From Podarcis liolepis (Eukaryota), in NCBI GenBank assembly GCA_965112155.1, contig OZ218106.1: a stretch of DNA of 64,000 bases; one strand, written 5' to 3'. The notes beneath the pieces are model-generated. The model made no database searches. It was not told the DNA's origin and saw only the letters and a list, made by a program, of their open reading frames with translations. Below, one piece after another: positions 23,991 through 35,025 of the stretch (positions are counted from its first letter, which is position 1; the number at the start of each line of letters is the position of its first letter). The translations under genes and the position numbers were made by a program.

Positions 23991-24940
23991 TAATAATAAT
24001 AATAATAATAAATTTATTATTTATACCCCGCCCATCTGGCTGGGCCTCCCCAGCCACTCTGGGCGGCTTCCATAGAAACCAAAAATACACTAAAATATCA
24101 CACGTTAAAAACTTCCCTGAACAGGGCTGCCTTAAGATGTCTTCTGAATGTCAGGTAGTTGTTTATTGCTTTGATATCTCGTGGGAGGGCGTTCCACAGG
24201 GCGGGCGCCACTACCGAGAAGGCCCTCTGCCTGGTTCCCTGTAGCTTTGCTTCTCGCAATGAGGGAACCGCCAGAAGGCCCTCGGCGCTGGACCTCAACG
24301 TCCGGGCAGAACGATGGGTGTGGAGACGCTCCTTCAGGTATACTGGACCGAGGCTGTTTAGGGATTTAAAGGTCAGCACCAACACTTTGAATTGTGCTCG
24401 GAAACGTACTGGGAGCCAATGTAGGTCTTTCAAGACCGGTGTTATATGGTCTCGGCGGCCGCCCCCAGTCACCAGTCTAGCTGCCGCATTCTGGATTAGT
24501 TGTAGTTTCCAAGTCACCTTCAAAGGTAGCCCCACGTAGAGCGCATTGCAGTAGTCCAAGCGGGAGATAACCAGAGCATGCACCACTCTGGCGAGACAGT
24601 CCGCAGGCAGATAGGGTCTCAGCCTACGTACCAGATGGAGCTGGTAAACAGCTGCCCTGGACACAGATTTGACCTGTGCATCCATGGACAGCTGTGAGTC
24701 CAAAATGGCTCCCAGGCTGCGCACCTGGTCCTTCAGGGGCACAGTTACCCTATTCAGGACCAGGGAATCCTCCACATCTGCCCGCCTCCTGTCCCCCCAA
24801 AACAGTACTTCTGTCTTGTCAGGATTCAACCTCAATCTGTTAGCTGCCATCCATCCTCCAACCGCCTCCAGACACTCACACAGGACCTTCACCGCCTTCA
24901 CTGGTTCTGATTTAAAAGAGAGGTAGAGCTGGGTATCATC
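23991..24940 (-). mobile_element. Young L2 LINE 3' fragment, inserted in a hAT-like MITE
   Basis: Uninterrupted frame from DDTQLYLSF (24940) to ...AALFREVFNV* (24098), then a 3' UTR and an (ATT)n tail. Confidence 0.95.
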
Positions 24941-25598
24941 TCAAGGGCCACTGGTTCTCCATCTCAGATCTATGGGTTATATTTGTATGGTGGGAAGCAT
25001 TTGAGCATGTAATCCCCTGCCTACAGTATGGAGTGATATAATTGTGGTACTCTTTGGTTTCTTTGAACCTTAGAATTTCCAGGCCATTTGACAGAAGACC
25101 CTGAAAATCAACACATATTTATGGATGTTCAGGGGATGGGGGTGAAAGAGCTGTTTAAATTTTTGTCTTGCGTTGGAATATCAAACTTGGGGCAATAATT
25201 ATCAAACAAGTGATCCACCTTGTGGGTTTAGAGATGGCAATAACCCTAGCTGATGATGGCACTATGTCAGAAAAAGTACATTTTAATCAGGTCTTCACCT
25301 TCCAGGTCTTCCCCATCCAGCATAGGTCCATTTCTGCACCAAAATCCATGCTTTTGGTCATACCGTTTTAGGGTCAGGGAAGTCAAGTCAGGGAATGCAG
25401 TAGAAAATCGCTAGAACTTGCATCCAGTTTGCATGGTGCGTTCTTTACTGCAGCATTCCCTGACTTGATTCCCTCAAGAGGCTTGGCACCCCAACTTGCC
25501 TTTTCCTTCGCACCACCAGCCTTGCTGGCTAGCACTCATGGGAGTTGTAATCCAAAACATCTGAATGGGATCAGGTTGGGCAAGGTTGCTTCACAGTA

Positions 25599-25840
25599 CA
25601 GTGGTACCTCAGGTTAAGTACTTAATTCGTTCCGGAGGTCCGTACTTAACCTGAAACTGTTCTTAACCTGAAGCACCACTTTAGCTAATGGGGCTTCCTG
25701 CTGCTGATGCGCCACGGGAGCACGATTTCTGTTCTCATCCTGAAGCAAAGTTCTTAACCCGAGGTAATATTTCTGGGTTAACAGAGTCTGTAACCTGAAG
25801 TGTATGTAACCTGAAGCGAATGTAACCCGAGGTACCACTG
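25599..25840 (-). mobile_element. Tigger-like MITE family A
   Basis: TA|CAGTGGTACCTC...GAGGTACCACTG|TA. Confidence 0.92.
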
Positions 25841-26711
25841 TATTGAGTACTCAGCAATAGTTAGATTAGAAGAGAGGTGAGCTAGACTTAAGATCTTCCT
25901 TAGTTGAATTGCTCTATTTATCTTATCCTGGGGAATATATTCCACATGGCGATAGATATTTTTGTGAGTCATGGTTTGGTGGCAAAAGTTTCCACCTGCA
26001 ACAATGAGTGAAGCACTTCCAGATAAATATGGTCAAATGGATCCCCAAAAAATCCAAGCTATCTTATGAATCACTCAGAAACCGAACTGTTGCCGGTATT
26101 TTTTCTTCCCCCAGTTGCACACAACAATGCTATGCAAGTGCCCGAAGCCTATTCATTTGTGGTTTCTAATATGCTTTCACATCAGGATGATTTTCCATTA
26201 CTTCATTTCTGTAATAACACACGTTTGCAGCTGCAGGTTAATATTAAAGCAAGAAATTGACCTAAGGAGGTTCCAGCTAAATATTCTGCCCGGTTTCCTT
26301 CCACGGCCAAGAATGAGGGATGGATTCTTTAAGAAAGTCATTTCTTTTTAATGGATCTTTCATACTGTGTGATTTCCTTATTACACAAAAGTTTATATAG
26401 CCAATATTTAGTTTATGTCCCAAAGCAGGAATATTGAAATGTTGGAATGTTTTCAGTGCAAATCTATTGCTGATATCATGGAGACCTTTTGATACTATAT
26501 AAGCATTTTAAGCGAAATAAATCAGCGGTTCTTTTGCATTAAGACCTGAATATCACCACACATACCTTTGGATTCTTATAGTTTAACCAGTGATAATAGA
26601 TGTCTATTTCATTTTAAGTCTTACATTATTATCCCTTGCTGTAAAAAAAAAAAATATTTACTTTTGAATTTATTTATGTACTGATGTTTTTGTCTTAAAA
26701 GTCCATTTTCG

Positions 26712-27341
26712 GAAGACACAGGAGTTACCCACACTGGAAGAATGGCAGATGAAAGTGATGGACTACATGGAATTGGCAGAAATGACTGGCAGAATTCGTG
26801 ACCAGGGAGAAGAGTCAGTGGAGGAAGACTGGAAGAAATTCAAGGACTACTTGCAGAAGCACTGTAAAATCAAGGAATGTTAAAACGATGTCTGATGGAA
26901 AATAAGTGGTATTGGTAAAAAGATTTCTAAGAAAATGTAAATAGGGATTGATAATTGGAAAATTGATATTTATAATAGGTTAATATCTTGAGTGAGGATA
27001 AATGTTAGAGGGTAAGGATTTGCTGAATTTAATATCTGAACTTGAATACAAAATGGGAGGTGTGAGGAGGTCAAGAAACTAGTGAACAAAGTATAAGATT
27101 TGAAAATACTAATCTATTTTCTGTTTTGTTTTTGGGGTTTTCTTTTTGCTCTTATTCTTTCTCCCCCCCCCCTTCTTTTGTTAACTGTTTTCTATTGTGT
27201 AATTCTTATGTGTTTTGTTTTTGTATTTCTATATTTTTGTAGTTTTTCTTATGTTTAAATTTTGGAATTTTTTATTGTCTGTGAAACTTTAATAAATATT
27301 ATTTTTAAAAAATAAAAATAAAAAACAATAGTTCACTAAAA
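26712..27341 (+). mobile_element. L1-clade LINE 5'-truncated 3' end
   Basis: KTQELPTLEEWQMKVMDYMELAEMT...WKKFKDYL, a T-rich UTR, AATAAA and an A-tail. 15-bp TSD AAAAGTCCATTTTCG at a TT|AAAA site. Confidence 0.88.
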
Positions 27342-27992
27342 AAAAGTCCATTTTCGAAAAATGGAAAACTTGCCATGATTTTCTAAACCACATAATGAAC
27401 ATAAAAGCACATGCAAATGAAACACTTGATTAAAACAGTTAAAGATTGGGAATATAATAAGGAGCTTACAGTTGTTCCCAAGGTTCTCATTTACACTCTT
27501 ATATGCACGTTGTAATGCTACTTCTGAATATATGTTCATATCATCACTGTTCCTAATCGTCTATTTAGCTTTTTGATGGCCATAAAAACATTGAGTTGAT
27601 GTTCCCAAGAAACTCATTATTGCTTTAATAGTAAACGCTTTATTAAACCATGTCCAGATTGGAGCAAATTCTCCAGTGAGGTCTGGATATACCATTTAAC
27701 TATGTGATTTGTAGCGCCTCATGGTCATCCAGGTAACGTATGAGAGTTAACTGACAAGCAAGAGACAGAAAACCAAAGATTTGGTGTAAAGTTGTTGCAA
27801 GATCATCTCATGCTCCTTTATCATAACCTTACATCACTACAACCTCCTTTCCTCTATAGGACGGCTGATTCATGTATTACCATAGCAATGGGGGAAGTTT
27901 CTTCCCTGTATAATTGTGGTCTTCACAATAGCTGTGAACTTAGTGAAAATAAACACTCGAAGTGCCGTTTATTTCAGTGAGAGAGTTTAGGA

Positions 27993-28128
27993 CAGGCTTC
28001 ATCAACCTCAGCCCTCCAGATGTTTTTGGCCTACAACTCCCATGATCCCTAGCTAGCAGGACCAGTGGTCAGGGATGATGGGAATTGTATTCTCAAAACA
28101 TCTGGAGGGCCGAGGTTGAGGAAGCCTG
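27993..28128. mobile_element. Palindromic hAT MITE (136 bp)
   Basis: TIR CAGGCTTC...GAAGCCTG, internal fold-back, 8-bp TSD GTTTAGGA. Confidence 0.9.
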
Positions 28129-28344
28129 GTTTAGGATATGAACAGCTCACAGCGATTAAGATTCAAGGACTTCAAGGTGATTCACTTTGGCTGAATCTGT
28201 ACAACATCCTCTCTTCCTTTCCTGCAGGTTTCATGCCTACCCAATCTGCTCTGAAAGATCCCTCAGCCTCTAGAAAAGGCTTTGTGGTGGCATGATGAGT
28301 CTGTTCTGCTGGTGGAGAGATACCACTGGATGTCACCTTCTGTA

Positions 28345-28627
28345 CAGGGCTGTCTGTACAGGGCTGTCTTAAGCATATGTGGTGCCGGGCTGCAAAGATC
28401 TGCCTGTGCGCCCCTCCCCAGGTTGGCCAGTCCCAGCCATGCGGGAGGGCAGAGCCAGCTGGCCTCCTCAGTGTCTCACTGGCTTGGTTGCCCCCAAACT
28501 CGCAGCGCAGATAGACGGGCTCTTCCCCAGACTCAATTCTCGGGCCCCGGACTCTTGGCCTGGCGCCCCTGAGAGCCCGGCACCCAGGTGCCCCACACCC
28601 CTAGAGCCTATGGGTAAGATGGCCCTG
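28345..28627. mobile_element. GC-rich hAT MITE
   Basis: TIR CAGGGCTGTCTT/AAGATGGCCCTG and an 8-bp TSD CTTCTGTA (28337-28344, 28628-28635). A 14-bp tandem duplication lies at the left end. Confidence 0.85.
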
Positions 28628-29799
28628 CTTCTGTATTTAAATGATAATCAAGTTATTTAAAATAAAATAGAAAGTAGCCACCTGTAACAGTTTTAGTCGA
28701 TCCATTCTATACAGAAACTGAAACAACCTCAATTTCAAAGGAACTTTTGCTCTTTGGCAAGAGGGAAAATGCTGCAAAACACAATTCAGGACTTTCATTC
28801 CTGATTTATTAATGGTTGTTAATTGCCACTTTAGGGCAAAAAAAAGGAAAAACAATTCAGCACTGACTTTTTGAAGAGTGGCTGTTAATCACTATTTTGG
28901 ATTCGTGGCTGGTGCCTTTGGATACTGTTTTGTATCGCTTTGAATATTCATGTGTTGCTCGTGTCATCTAGTGTCACTAATTAGCATTTTAATCATTGAT
29001 TTCCCTACCTCTGGTATGTATGTCATTTCCCTTCCCTGCCTACACCTTTTGCTCTTGGATACCATATAAAAGCCTTTTATTGTGTGTTTTGTATTCATGT
29101 TTGGTTCTTTTCTCTCCACTTGAAACCTTACCCTGCTGGCCATGTGCATTAGATGGTTAAAAAAACACAATGTATGATTTGGCAAAGCGGTTTTACTCTT
29201 TTTGAATGTGGCATGGGCCCTATGTGATAAGGGAGAAGATTTGTAAATATCACTTTTAAGTTACTTCCCAGGCAGTGCACATGGACCAAAGAATCGTAGT
29301 GTAGCCTTACAAGTGTAGTGTACACAAGCAAGCATCTGGTATTGATTAATTTACTTGGGCTCAAACCTGTGGCCAGAAATGTTTTATTGTAGGGACCTAA
29401 GCAAACACCAAGAGAGGGTAATCCATGGGAAATATCCAGAACTTAAACACAGGAAGCTTATTAGAAATGTATCTTATTATATTAAGCATTAATACAATTT
29501 AATTACATACAATTTTAAAATAAGGTCCTAGTTCATGTCAGCTGCTTCAGTGATTTTATTCTGAGTTGACCAGAAACCTAGAATGTGGGAGCAGATTTAT
29601 TGTTTAGGGAGCAATTGAGTAGGGTACCACCTCCATCTTTTTCTTTTTAAAACCTCAGACTTTTGTGTGGTCCCACCCACTTTTGCCTCTGGTCCCATCA
29701 GCTACTAAACCTAGAAGGTTAACCACAATGGAATAGGGCCTTTAGACTGGGGAAAAAAAATCCCCACCCCTACTTCAGATGGGAAAATGTGATAAGCCA

Positions 29800-30503
29800 C
29801 TGGTGGTATTTGACTCCTCGTAAGTTAGCAAAAAATGTATAGAACAAGTACAAATACCTGCTGGAAATGTAAAGAAAAGGAAGGTACCTTTTATCATATG
29901 TGGTGGTTGTATAAGGTAATAAAAGCTTTCTGGGAGATGATATATGATGAAATGAAAAAAATGCTTTAAATAACTTTTGTTAAAAATCCAGAAGCTTTTC
30001 TATTAGGAATCATAGGTACCGACATTCCAAAGGAGCAGAAAAGACTTTTTATGTATGTGACAACAGCTGCTCGGATGCTACTAGCCCAGAGATGGAAAGA
30101 AGACAAAGTCCCTAACAGAGAGGAATGGCAAACTAAGATGATGGACTATGCCAAAATGGTAAAGTTGACTGGAAAAGCTCAGGAACCAAGAGGACAATTA
30201 TTTTAAAAAAGAATGAGAAAAATTTATAATTTATTTAAGAGACCACTGCAAGCAGATGAAAACATTAGCAGGATTTTAACCTCACTTGCAATGTAACAAA
30301 TACTGTGGAAAATATGGATGGATACAAAATATAGATTATGGAATAATATGCAGTTGTAAATGTTGACAATAGGACCCATGGAGGGGATGGGGGAAAGTCT
30401 TGAGATTCAGAGTAACCTCTATATATGGATAAACATTTGGATTTTTATAAATTTATGTTTGTAAAATCAAATAAAAATGATTTCAAAAAGAGAGAGAGAG
30501 AAA
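29800..30503 (+). mobile_element. L1-clade LINE 3' end including the ORF2 zinc-knuckle region
   Basis: WYLTPRKLAK / TCWKCKEKEGTFYHMWW...AARMLLAQRWK with frameshifts. 18-bp TSD GGAAAATGTGATAAGCCA (29782-29799, 30504-30521). Confidence 0.9.
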
Positions 30504-31182
30504 GGAAAATGTGATAAGCCAGTCTTGCTGCGCTTGCGGGCTCTCCTGGTCATTCTTCTGAATGGGGACCTTGACTTCTACCCCAATATCCTCCCTGACA
30601 GCACCAGACTGAGTACAGTGGGGCAGAGATGAGTTTTCAGCAATTTGTAAATAGTGGTGGGTAGGTGGTGATCAGCTGGGGAAAGGTGGGTTTAAGAAAT
30701 ACACAAAAATATCCCTGTGTCCTTCTTGAGGCAAGTGTTGGTGGTATTTTCATCTACGCCACGCCCCCCACTTGTGCAATTCCCTCCCTGAAGCAGACAT
30801 GTCCTTTGCCTTCTTTGTTATCACATAGGTGCTAGGTAAAGGGATCTTTATTTTTTAACCCAGGCATTTGAGAGATGTTGGTTGCTTTTAACTGAATCCC
30901 ACAGCCTGCTGTTTTATTGCAGTCTTAGTGAATGCATTTGTTTTCATGGTGTCTTTATGCGGTCGTAAGTCTCCCTGAAATCAAGTTGATATAGGGAAGC
31001 CTATAATTTTAAGACATAAAAAGCCAATTCTGAAATGCTGGCATGCTGATCGTCTTCTGAAATAATCACGGAACCTCGAGTTTCCCTAGAACACAGTGTG
31101 ATGTGCACGCCAATCTCTAAGCGACGAACGGTTTCATGAGTGCCAGCATAGACCCTAGGTGGGTTTGGAATGAAGGCCACTG

Positions 31183-31600
31183 GAAGCTGCTCACACTGAT
31201 TCGGACCATTGGCCCAGAGCCAGTGTGGTGTAGTGGTTAAGAGCGGTGGACTCGTAATCTGGGGAACCAGGTTCGCATCTCCGCTCCTCCACATGCAGCT
31301 GCTGGGTGACCTTGGGCTAGTCACACTTCTCTGAAGTCTCTCAGCCCCACTCACCTCACAGAGTGTTTGTTGTGGGGGAGGAAGGGAAAGGAGAATGTTA
31401 GCCGCTTTGAGACTCCTTCGGATAGTGATAAAGCGGGATATGAAACCCAAACTCTTCTTCTTCTTCTTCTTCTTCTTCTTCATCTAGTTCAGTGATGTCT
31501 ACACTGACTGGCAGCAGCTTCCCAGACTTGTAGAGAGGATTATTTCCCCACCTTACCTGCAGATGCTGGCAACTGAACTTGGGAAGATCTGCACGCAAAG
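31183..31600 (-). mobile_element. Squam2-like tRNA SINE interrupted by a Squam3-like SINE
   Basis: GACCATTGGCCC|insert|ATCTAGTTCAGTGATGTCTACACTGACTGGCAG is contiguous in the copy at 62660-62827. Confidence 0.65.
31217..31481 (+). mobile_element. Squam3-like tRNA SINE with (CTT)n tail
   Basis: Near-identical to 22122-22365, with a long (CTT)n tail. Confidence 0.9.
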
Positions 31601-32497
31601 CACCCAATTCCCTCCCATCCATCAAAACTGGGGAGGATTGTGCTCCTATTTCCTCTATTAATTTATAAACAAATGGCAGCCACTTTTTTTAAAAAAAAAA
31701 AAAAACTTCAAGTGGGAGAGAAATCTCAAGCTTGGTGTGAGGCTTCTCTCTCTCTAAGAGGTGGTTAGTTCACACAGGTTTTGCATGACCCTAATGAAAT
31801 CTGTATAAAAGTTGCTGTTTTTTAAGAAATGTGGAAAATAGAAAAATAAATGTATGTGGTTTGAAATGGGAATGCTTAATTTAAGAAAAGCATGATTGTA
31901 TGTAAAATTTGCATAATGATTGGGAGACATTAAAAAAAAAAGACACGCGATTACAAGGGAGTAGTGAGGGCAAAGACAACAACAGATGACACAACGGAGA
32001 TGTGCTATAGATAAAGAAAAGAAAAGAAATGTTCCCCGAATTAAATTGGCAATATGAGAAAGCGCAATTACTTACCACAATGGACTGTGACGATAGATGT
32101 TGTTTTTGAGCTTAAAAAATTAATAATTCAAGATATTAAAAGCCTCCGATCTCTCAAGAAGAGTGGGGAAAAACAAGGAACAAAGCTATAGAGAAAAGAT
32201 CAAACATATATTAAGTGGGGAACAATACAGAGGTGACGAACAAACCCTGGAGCACCAGTGTTCACTGATTAACAAACATCCGATAACACAAAAGGAAAAT
32301 GAACTTTTAAAAAGATTATTAGAATGTTCTTTTACATAAAAGTAATATCATTTGTTGTCCCATTGCAATGAATTTCATATAAACATGTGCAGTTGGTAAC
32401 AAATGCTTTCAGTCTTTTCTTTGCCCGAAAGCTAACGAGTAGGGAAATGGGCACTATAAAATGGCCAAAAAAAAAAATCTGTATCTAATTGAGGGAG

Positions 32498-32721
32498 TTA
32501 CAGATAGGTAGCCGTGTTGGTCTGCCATAGTCAAAATAAAAAAATTCCTTCCAGTAGCACCTTAAAGACCAACTAAGTTAGTTCTTGGTATGAGCTTTCG
32601 TGTGCATGCACACTTCTTCAGATACTTCAGATCTGAAGAAGTGTGCATGCACACGAAAGCTCATACCAAGAACTAACTTAGTTGGTCTTTAAGGTGCTAC
32701 TGGAAGGAATTTTTTTTATTT
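32498..32721. mobile_element. Penelope-like element terminal fragment inserted as a fold-back (inverted) duplication
   Basis: Arms 32533-32623 and 32631-32722 are identical except for one T in a homopolymer, with a 7-nt spacer. 12-bp flanking duplication TAATTGAGGGAG (32486-32497, 32722-32733). Confidence 0.8.
32588..32625 (-). ncRNA. Minimal type-I hammerhead ribozyme motif (Penelope-type)
   Basis: Minus strand reads GUAU-CUGAAGA-A-GUGUGC(AU)GCACAC-GAAA-GC-UC^AUAC: conserved core, stem II, a palindromic AGCU stem III and a 4-bp stem I. A mirror core lies on the + strand at 32633-32666. Confidence 0.65.
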
Positions 32722-33250
32722 TAATTGAGGGAGGTGTGTGGTACCAGCATGCAGTATACATGGGCAAATGCTGGGGGCCCCAGAGTGCCTATAGGGCAGT
32801 GATGGGAGCAAGCTTCTGGGGGCCACATGCCAGGGCTGGACAGAGCCAAAGCAGAACACACATTCCCATACCCCTCCTTCCTCCATTCAGGCAGTTACAA
32901 AAACAGTGAACAGATTCTTGGGCTGGAGTATTGTTTATGGGGGGTTGAGAGAGCTTGTTGCTGTTATTGATATTATTGTTGTATCTTTACTCTTAGATTT
33001 TATGATTTACGTGGAAATTATTTCCATTTGGTTGTGCACGTTTTGGTGTGTTTTATTTATTGTTTATGACTTGTGCTATGTTTGTAATTATGTAAATCTT
33101 GTCATGTTGTAAGCCGCCTTGAGCCTAGTTTCAACTATGGAAAGACGGCATACAAATAAGACGACGCCGACAATGATGAAACAGATGCACTCCAGCCATG
33201 CAAAAACACTCAAGGAGGGCACAAAACAGGTTCTGTGGCTGAGAATGCTG

Positions 33251-33509
33251 AGGAAGGAGGAGGAGGAGGAGGAGGGTTCGGACTTGATATCCCGCCTTTC
33301 GCTCCCCTTACGGAGTCTCAAAGCGGCTAACATTCTCCTTTCCCTTTGCCCCCCACAACAAACACTGTGAGGTGAGTGAGGCTGAGAGACGTCAGAGAAG
33401 TATGACTGGCCCAAGGTCACCCAGCAGCTGCATGTGGAGGAGTGGGGAAGCAAACCCGGTTCACCAGATTACGAATCCACCGCTCTTAATCACTACACCA
33501 TGCTGGCTC
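33251..33509 (-). mobile_element. Squam3-like tRNA SINE
   Basis: Reverse complement of the 22122/31217 family, more diverged. Confidence 0.85.
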
Positions 33510-34109
33510 TTGAAGGACCACATGTGGGCCCAAGTCTTCTCCACCCATGCTTTAGGGTGCACCACACCTGATGTAGTGACACTTAGCAGTGGCGGCTGAG
33601 GGAGGAGGAAGAGATAATTGCTGTGTCTGTGTGCCAGGATCCCATGTAGAGAGCCCAGTTGCTTTCTCAATACCTGGAGGTGGGTCTGGGTCTGGAAGAT
33701 GATACTTCAGATATTGGCAGAAAGCTAGGCATATTCCTTCTGCTTCCTAATCACCTGGGTTGCTGTTACACACCTGTATTTCATTACGTACCTGAAAAAA
33801 GGTTCTGAAGCATAAACTCATACATTTTATTGTAGCCTATTAGGGTAACAAGCCTCTACATCAACCCTAAAAATCCCTGACAGAGTAATCTGAGGGAGGG
33901 GAACAGTGACTCTTTCTACTATGTTTATCTGAGCCAGTTGTTCTGAAGTTGCAGGATGCTTTGTTTGGGCCAAGTAATTTGGCGCAATACTTTGTTGGTT
34001 CCTTTCTGACTCTCTTGTTCTAGAACTTCAGAATGGAACACAACACTGCTCTTTGGGTCCCCTGGCTTCATTTTCTACATCACAGAAACAAACAAAGACA
34101 TTGTACCCA

Positions 34110-34368
34110 TGAAGAACGTAAGACAAGCCTGCTGGATCAGGTCAGCGGCCCATCGAGTCCAGCATCCTGTTCTCACAGTGGCTGACCAGATGTCTATGGG
34201 AAGCATTCTGCCCACCTGCACTTCCAAGCAACTGGTTTGCCTCTGTCAGAGGAGGTAGAACACAGCCATCATGGCTGGTAGCCATTGATAGCCTTATCCC
34301 CCATGAATTTATCCAATCCTCTTTCAAAACCATCAAAGTTGGTGGCCATCACTGCCTCCTGTGGGAGC
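34110..34368 (-). mobile_element. CR1 LINE 3' end
   Basis: LPQEAVMATNFDGFERGLDKFMGDKAINGY followed by a CR1-type 3' UTR. Confidence 0.85.
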
Positions 34369-34873
34369 ATTAAAGCACCTATAACTCCTGGGACTCCGCT
34401 ACACAGCTGCCAATAAAACGTTTTAAGTGTGTTGTAAAGTGCAATGTACAAATGTGACGCTAGGTGGCGACAGTGAGCTATGCCAAATTCAATGTGTTTT
34501 TCAAAACATTTTTAAAGCATTTTCACAACTTTTTTTATATGTGTGTAGATTCCACCCCAATCAAGAAAAAACAAATTAGCATGTAGTATGATAGTTTATT
34601 TCCTTCATCGAATAGTCTCTAGCATTCAATGGTTGTAGGGGAAAAATAGGATAGAACTGCAGGCCAATCCTTCACATCAGGGATAGGCAACATAGCTGGA
34701 CTATTACATCCATGATCATTGGCTGTGCTGGCTGGGAATAATCGAGCTAATAGAAATTGTAGCGCAATATCATATGGAGGACCACAAGTTACCCATCTCT
34801 ACTATACATTTATGCTCAAACATCACTCCCGTTGAGCTCCATAGGGCTTGCTCCCCAATAAGGGGGCCTAAGG

Positions 34874-35025
34874 ATCACAGAATCATAGAACTGAAGAATT
34901 GGAAGGGACCCTGAAGATCATCTAGTCCAACCTGCAAGGCAGGAATATGCAGCTGTCCCACAAGGGAATCGAACCTGCAACCTTTGCATTATCAGCACCA
35001 CGCTCTAACCAACTGAGCTATCTGG
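34874..35025 (-). mobile_element. tRNA-Ile-derived SINE with a CR1-type 3' tail
   Basis: Minus strand: GATAGCTCAGTTGGTTAGAGCGTGGTGCTGATAATGC...GGTTCGATTCC, then TGGACTAGATGATC...GGTCCCTTCCAA and a TTCTATGA-type tail. Confidence 0.8.

Noticed and set aside
25376-25474. Imperfect inverted repeat as a structured ncRNA
   Set aside because: The arms have indels and a long loop; most simply a decayed fold-back MITE.
34950-35025. Functional tRNA-Ile gene
   Set aside because: The acceptor stem is imperfect, there is no Pol III T-run terminator, and it is fused to a CR1-type tail, so it is a SINE head.
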